Of a stretch of 10,452 nucleotides of DNA, positions 7,569 to 10,452 are shown piece after piece. The position numbers and the translations under genes are program-made. The DNA lies in UHGV virus genome UHGV-0316020; one strand, given 5' to 3'. Source of the DNA: a virus. How positions within the stretch are numbered: the first letter of the stretch is position 1; every line of letters begins with the position of its first letter. The notes beneath the pieces are model-generated. The model was not told the origin of the DNA. It ran no database searches and saw nothing but the letters and a program-made list of their open reading frames with translations.

Positions 7569-8237
7569 TCAGCCCAACCTTTGAACAATCCTGTAAGTGG
7601 TGCTTAGAGGCATTCTTAGCGATTCTGCGATGCTCTTGATGGATTGCCCTTGGTCATGCATTTTAATCAACCTGTCAAGCGTCTGTGCATCGTGTATATG
7701 AGGTCTTCCACGTAAACCACCCCTGTTAACCACGGCAAGTAAAAGCATTGTGTCGCCACAATAAATTGTCTGGGTAACTTCAACTTTCGGTTTGCGGGGT
7801 GTGTTCCTGTATATCAAAACGCAACTTGGAAACGGTGAACGCGCTGCAACACCTTTCTTCCCTGCTGGTGGAAGGTATTTGACTGCTCGGTGTAACGTTC
7901 GAATCTCATGCAGGAAGGGGTTTGTATATACACACCGAAGCCAGTAAGTTGTCTTTGACCTGTGCGGAACCAGACATACACACACATCAGCTTCAGGGGC
8001 TTTTGAGAGGAACTGTTCAGCCATGCTAAACGGCGGGTTAACGAAGACCCGTTCACCAACCCACGATTGACGGCTTATATCATCGGTGAACCGTGGCAAC
8101 AATGCGTCATGCTCAGTTGCAGCACCATCTAAAGTGAAGTTAAACTCACGATGCAGGTTATGAAATAAACGATACGGTGTACGCCAGTCATCAGAACCAC
8201 CATGATAACGACCGACATTGATTATTGGATGTGACAC
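7569..8237 (-). CDS. Dam-family (phage-type, PF05869-like) DNA N6-adenine methyltransferase with a C-terminal serine-recombinase-like GRP+HTH extension
   Basis: GTG start with RBS AAGAGGGG upstream. N-terminal ~150 aa carry DWRTP, FTLDGAA, VFVNPPFS (NPPF catalytic motif), CLVPHRSKTTYW and FPSCVLIY. The final ~55 aa (..NRGGLRGRPHIHDAQTLDRLIKMHDQGQSIKSIAESLRMPLSTTYRIVQRLG) resemble a resolvase/invertase C-terminal DNA-binding domain. Confidence 0.8.
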   Translation of the reverse strand: MSHPIINVGRYHGGSDDWRTPYRLFHNLHREFNFTLDGAATEHDALLPRFTDDISRQSWVGERVFVNPPFSMAEQFLSKAPEADVCVCLVPHRSKTTYWLRCVYTNPFLHEIRTLHRAVKYLPPAGKKGVAARSPFPSCVLIYRNTPRKPKVEVTQTIYCGDTMLLLAVVNRGGLRGRPHIHDAQTLDRLIKMHDQGQSIKSIAESLRMPLSTTYRIVQRLG

Positions 8238-8271
8238 AAGCGAAGCGCCCCTCTTAGTATATTTCTTAATC

Positions 8272-8340
8272 GTCTCTTTAGCATTTAGTGCTTTTTATTA
8301 AGTTTAGCACTTTTTGCTAAAGACAAAACACTTGACAAAA
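8272..8340. repeat. copy 2 of the imperfect direct repeat flanking the methyltransferase cassette (with an internal duplication TTTAGTGCTTTTT / TTTAGCACTTTTT)
   Basis: See copy 1 at 7148-7190; lies directly upstream of the methyltransferase start codon. Confidence 0.5.
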
Positions 8341-8745
8341 TGGTAAGATTGTTCACATGACCTTACTTAACAGATTCTTAAGAGCTTTGAAACGAACTGT
8401 TTAACAGGTCACTACATCTGGTCTTATCGTTCCCTGTCTTCTTGGTAGTTCTGTTAAGTATCTTTTCAGGTATCTCTTACAGTCACTGTTAAGATGATAC
8501 TCTCCCTTCGGGTTATATCGTATCTCTCCTCCCGTTAAATACCCCTTCACAGTCAGACTAAATAACACCTGTGTAGTTTCTTGGTAGAATCTTTCAAGGT
8601 AACTTAACTCTGAGTTTATGAAGTTGACCTATGAGATAGATTCTACCGAATCTGTTAGTCAATTGTTGCTTAGGTGCTGCTAAGGCTTACTTAGTGGGAA
8701 GAGAGGGAATATGTGACCATAGGAACCCCTCCTGTTAAAAGTTTC

Positions 8746-8773
8746 TTGACGTTACTATCTCGATATGTATAAT
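8746..8773 (+). promoter_or_regulatory. strong sigma70-like promoter (TTGACG, 16 nt, TATAAT)
   Basis: TTGACG at 8746-8751; TATAAT at 8768-8773 preceded by TG; a CCTGTTAAAA motif (8731-8740) abuts the -35. Confidence 0.6.
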
Positions 8774-8779
8774 GGCTTA

Positions 8780-8950
8780 CTGTACTAGGTTTACTTCCAA
8801 AGCAACCAAGCACACTCTCTATGGCAGTGTCCGGCGAGGTAAGGTCGTGTAGGGTGCGGTTCGGTGGGGTAAGGTTTGGTGCGGTATGGGTGGATTGTCG
8901 TAGCCACGTTAAAAATCGACTTATAGGGACTCTTTCGGGAGTCCTTTTTA
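8780..8950 (+). ncRNA. candidate ~170-nt G-rich small RNA delimited by promoter and intrinsic terminator; class unknown
   Basis: Predicted start about 7 nt after the -10 and end at the terminator U-tract; body contains tandem GGTAAGGT / GGTGCGGT units (8838-8895); no RBS-equipped ORF inside. Confidence 0.4.
8927..8950 (+). terminator. intrinsic terminator: GGACUC(U)-UUCG-(G)GAGUCC hairpin followed by UUUUU
   Basis: 7-bp stem including one G-U pair (8927-8933 / 8938-8944), UUCG tetraloop (8934-8937), T-run at 8945-8949. Confidence 0.6.
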
Positions 8951-9126
8951 GTTTGTATAAAATCTGTACAGTAACTTTTCAGAGTCTGAAAATTTTTATA
9001 AATATCGTAGTAACCCCTCTACATTCCCCTTCACCGATAATCTTAAAAATATCTGACAGATGTCTGTAGCTGCTAAGTACCCGTCACACCAGCTATGTGA
9101 CCCCCTTGGCAAAAAAGCCAAATATC

Positions 9127-9144
9127 AGCTACATCCATGTAGCT
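9127..9144. other. palindrome AGCTACAT-CC-ATGTAGCT, 11 bp downstream of the recombinase stop: recombinase terminator hairpin and/or crossover-site-like sequence
   Basis: Two perfect 8-bp inverted half-sites around a 2-bp spacer; on the minus strand followed by GAUAUUUGGCUUUUUU. Confidence 0.35.
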
Positions 9145-9154
9145 ATTCAGTAAC

Positions 9155-9703
9155 TTATTTAGCAAGTCTGTAATAAGTTGCTCTAGAGATTCCTAACTCT
9201 TCCTGAATCTGCAACCTCGTCTTACCTTGTGAAATAAGCGCCTGTACAGCCTCTGAAGAAGCTTTTACAGGCCTCCCCATATGTACCCCTTCAGCTTTAG
9301 CACGTTCAATACCAGCCTTTCTACGTTCACTGATAAGGTCTTTTTCAAGGTCAGCTAAACCAGCCATCATAGTAAGCATTGCTTTACCGATTGGTGTAGA
9401 CAGGTCAAAACCTTCACGTAAAGAAACAACCCTCACACCTTTAGTCTGTAGTGCCTCCACGTTAGAGAGCACATCAACGGTATTACGCCCTAAACGGTCA
9501 ATAGCTACCACAACTAACGTATCGTCACACCTTACATAGTTCATCATGTCTCTAAAACCATCTCTGCTGGTGGCCTTTGTAGCTCCTGAGACAGCCTCAT
9601 CAATAAACCATTTATCGACCTTGTGAACCTTCTCTATCTGTAGTTTCTGGTTGTCTACAGTCTGGTCTTGTGTTGATACCCTGCAATAACCAATCACCGC
9701 CAT
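9155..9703 (-). CDS. small serine recombinase (resolvase / Hin-Gin-type invertase family)
   Basis: 182-aa ORF; N-terminal IGYCRVSTQDQ with the catalytic Ser at position 10; VVAIDRLGRNT; E-helix ..ERRKAGIERAKAEGVHMGRP; C-terminal HTH LQIQEELGISRATYYRL; RBS AGGGG upstream of the ATG. Confidence 0.9.
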   Translation of the reverse strand: MAVIGYCRVSTQDQTVDNQKLQIEKVHKVDKWFIDEAVSGATKATSRDGFRDMMNYVRCDDTLVVVAIDRLGRNTVDVLSNVEALQTKGVRVVSLREGFDLSTPIGKAMLTMMAGLADLEKDLISERRKAGIERAKAEGVHMGRPVKASSEAVQALISQGKTRLQIQEELGISRATYYRLAK

Positions 9704-9719
9704 AATGTTCCCCTAAGAA

Positions 9720-9825
9720 GTCTCAAAAGTTGGTCTCATAAGTTTAGCTGTCTCATAATTCAAAAACAAGCTTATGAGACACTTGGAAGGTGCATTCTAC
9801 CGTTACGTTGAAAGTGTCTCAAAAG
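9720..9825. promoter_or_regulatory. array of five GTCTCA(A/T)AA(G/T) repeats (four direct, one inverted) directly upstream of the recombinase start: operator- or iteron-like
   Basis: Copies at 9720-9729, 9733-9742, 9750-9759, 9771-9780 (inverted) and 9816-9825; 9733-9742 and 9771-9780 form a perfect 10-bp inverted repeat. Confidence 0.45.
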
Positions 9826-9962
9826 GACTTCCTTTTAAGACTGGTTATGAAGGAGCTATGAAGATTTTAGGAAGGTAACTATAACCATCACTTTCTAACT
9901 TTCACGTAGGAAATCGTTAAGTTTCTTGATAGTTACACCACGTAACCAAACATCTATACATC

Positions 9963-9984
9963 GCTATATAGCCCTGTATATAGC
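9963..9984. repeat. palindrome GCTATATA-gccctg-TATATAGC (operator-like)
   Basis: Perfect 8-bp inverted arms with a 6-bp spacer. Confidence 0.4.
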
Positions 9985-10126
9985 ACTTTTCTAGGAGTCG
10001 AGAGAGGGACGACTAACACCCTGCATAGTTCCCTGAAAAGGGACTTCACAGATTCTTTATATATTTCAATAAGTTATGCTAAAAAGAGACTATACCGATA
10101 CTGCATAGAATCTGTGTAAAACTGCT

Positions 10127-10371
10127 TAGATACTTGGAAATCTACTATTAAATTGCATAGTCATTCACCTGATATTGTCAAATGATTATGACTTCAATGA
10201 CCCTTGAATGAAGTCTATTCGGTTTTCTAAGAGACCTGTTAAAAACAGGACAATATCAGGTGAATGACTATGCAATTTAATAGTAGATTTCCAAGTATCT
10301 ACCTGTTTTTAACAGGTCTCTTAGAAAACCGAATAGACTTCATTCAAGGGTCATTGAAGTCATAATCATTT
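10127..10371. repeat. interleaved inverted repeat A-B-A'-B': A 10127-10179, B 10180-10249, A' 10249-10301 (reverse complement of A), B' 10302-10371 (reverse complement of B)
   Basis: Verified base by base: 10249-10301 is the exact reverse complement of 10127-10179, and 10302-10371 is the exact reverse complement of 10180-10249. B ends in the near-palindrome CCTGTTAAAAACAGG. Confidence 0.8.
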
Positions 10372-10452
10372 CAGTAGAAAAACCAGGTCTCGATTTTAAA
10401 TGCAAATAGCAATCATATTCAATAAGGCAAGACGATCAGGATCAGTGAAAAT

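Noticed and set aside
7814-8059. 81-aa minus-strand ORF inside the methyltransferase gene in another frame
   Set aside because: Nested entirely within a gene with clear catalytic motifs; no independent start signals.
8332-8360. Second TTGACA hexamer in the methyltransferase upstream repeat as a plus-strand promoter
   Set aside because: No acceptable -10 hexamer at 16-18 bp spacing (ACATGA only); more likely part of the duplicated repeat or operator than an active promoter.
8855-8870. tRNA-like T-loop resemblance (GGTTCGG) in the G-rich region
   Set aside because: I could not build a cloverleaf with acceptor, D and anticodon arms around it; the conserved A of the T-loop is missing.
8821-9069. 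82-aa plus-strand ORF across the G-rich region
   Set aside because: No RBS before its ATG, and it reads straight through a strong intrinsic terminator; the region is better explained as a non-coding RNA or DNA site.
9774-9878. 34-aa plus-strand ORF within the repeat region upstream of the recombinase
   Set aside because: No Shine-Dalgarno sequence, and it is embedded in operator-like repeats; most likely non-coding.
1-10452. CRISPR array, rRNA or integrase/attachment site
   Set aside because: No regularly spaced direct repeats with unique spacers, no rRNA-like conserved blocks, and no tyrosine integrase ORF; the only recombinase is the small serine recombinase.

Overview
AT-rich, phage-derived window transcribed almost entirely on the minus strand. 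All calls come from reading the sequence and ORF track by eye; no homology search, folding or GC computation was run. Left to right: (1) a 220-bp MITE-like element with 68-bp perfect terminal inverted repeats around the first ~28 codons of an IS256-family-like transposase; (2) a tail module on the minus strand: a 688-aa tail tape measure protein followed by a 256-aa tail protein, preceded by two uncharacterised ORFs (234 and 70 aa); (3) a minus-strand operon of four small uncharacterised proteins (184, 93, 128 with C-terminal HTH, 107 aa) ending in a translationally coupled 21-aa hydrophobic peptide, with its promoter back-to-back with a plus-strand promoter for a 58-aa single-TM protein; (4) a Dam-family N6-adenine methyltransferase whose C-terminus looks like a serine-recombinase GRP+HTH tail; (5) a 0.9-kb non-coding region in which a strong promoter and a UUCG-tetraloop terminator delimit a ~170-nt G-rich candidate ncRNA; (6) a 182-aa serine recombinase; (7) a 0.75-kb repeat-dense non-coding tail with operator-like GTCTCATAA repeats and an unusual A-B-A'-B' interleaved inverted repeat. 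The most interesting candidate is a recombinase-associated DNA-methylation module spanning (4)-(7), tied together by recurring CTGTT..AACAGG sites. No rRNA, tRNA or CRISPR array was seen.
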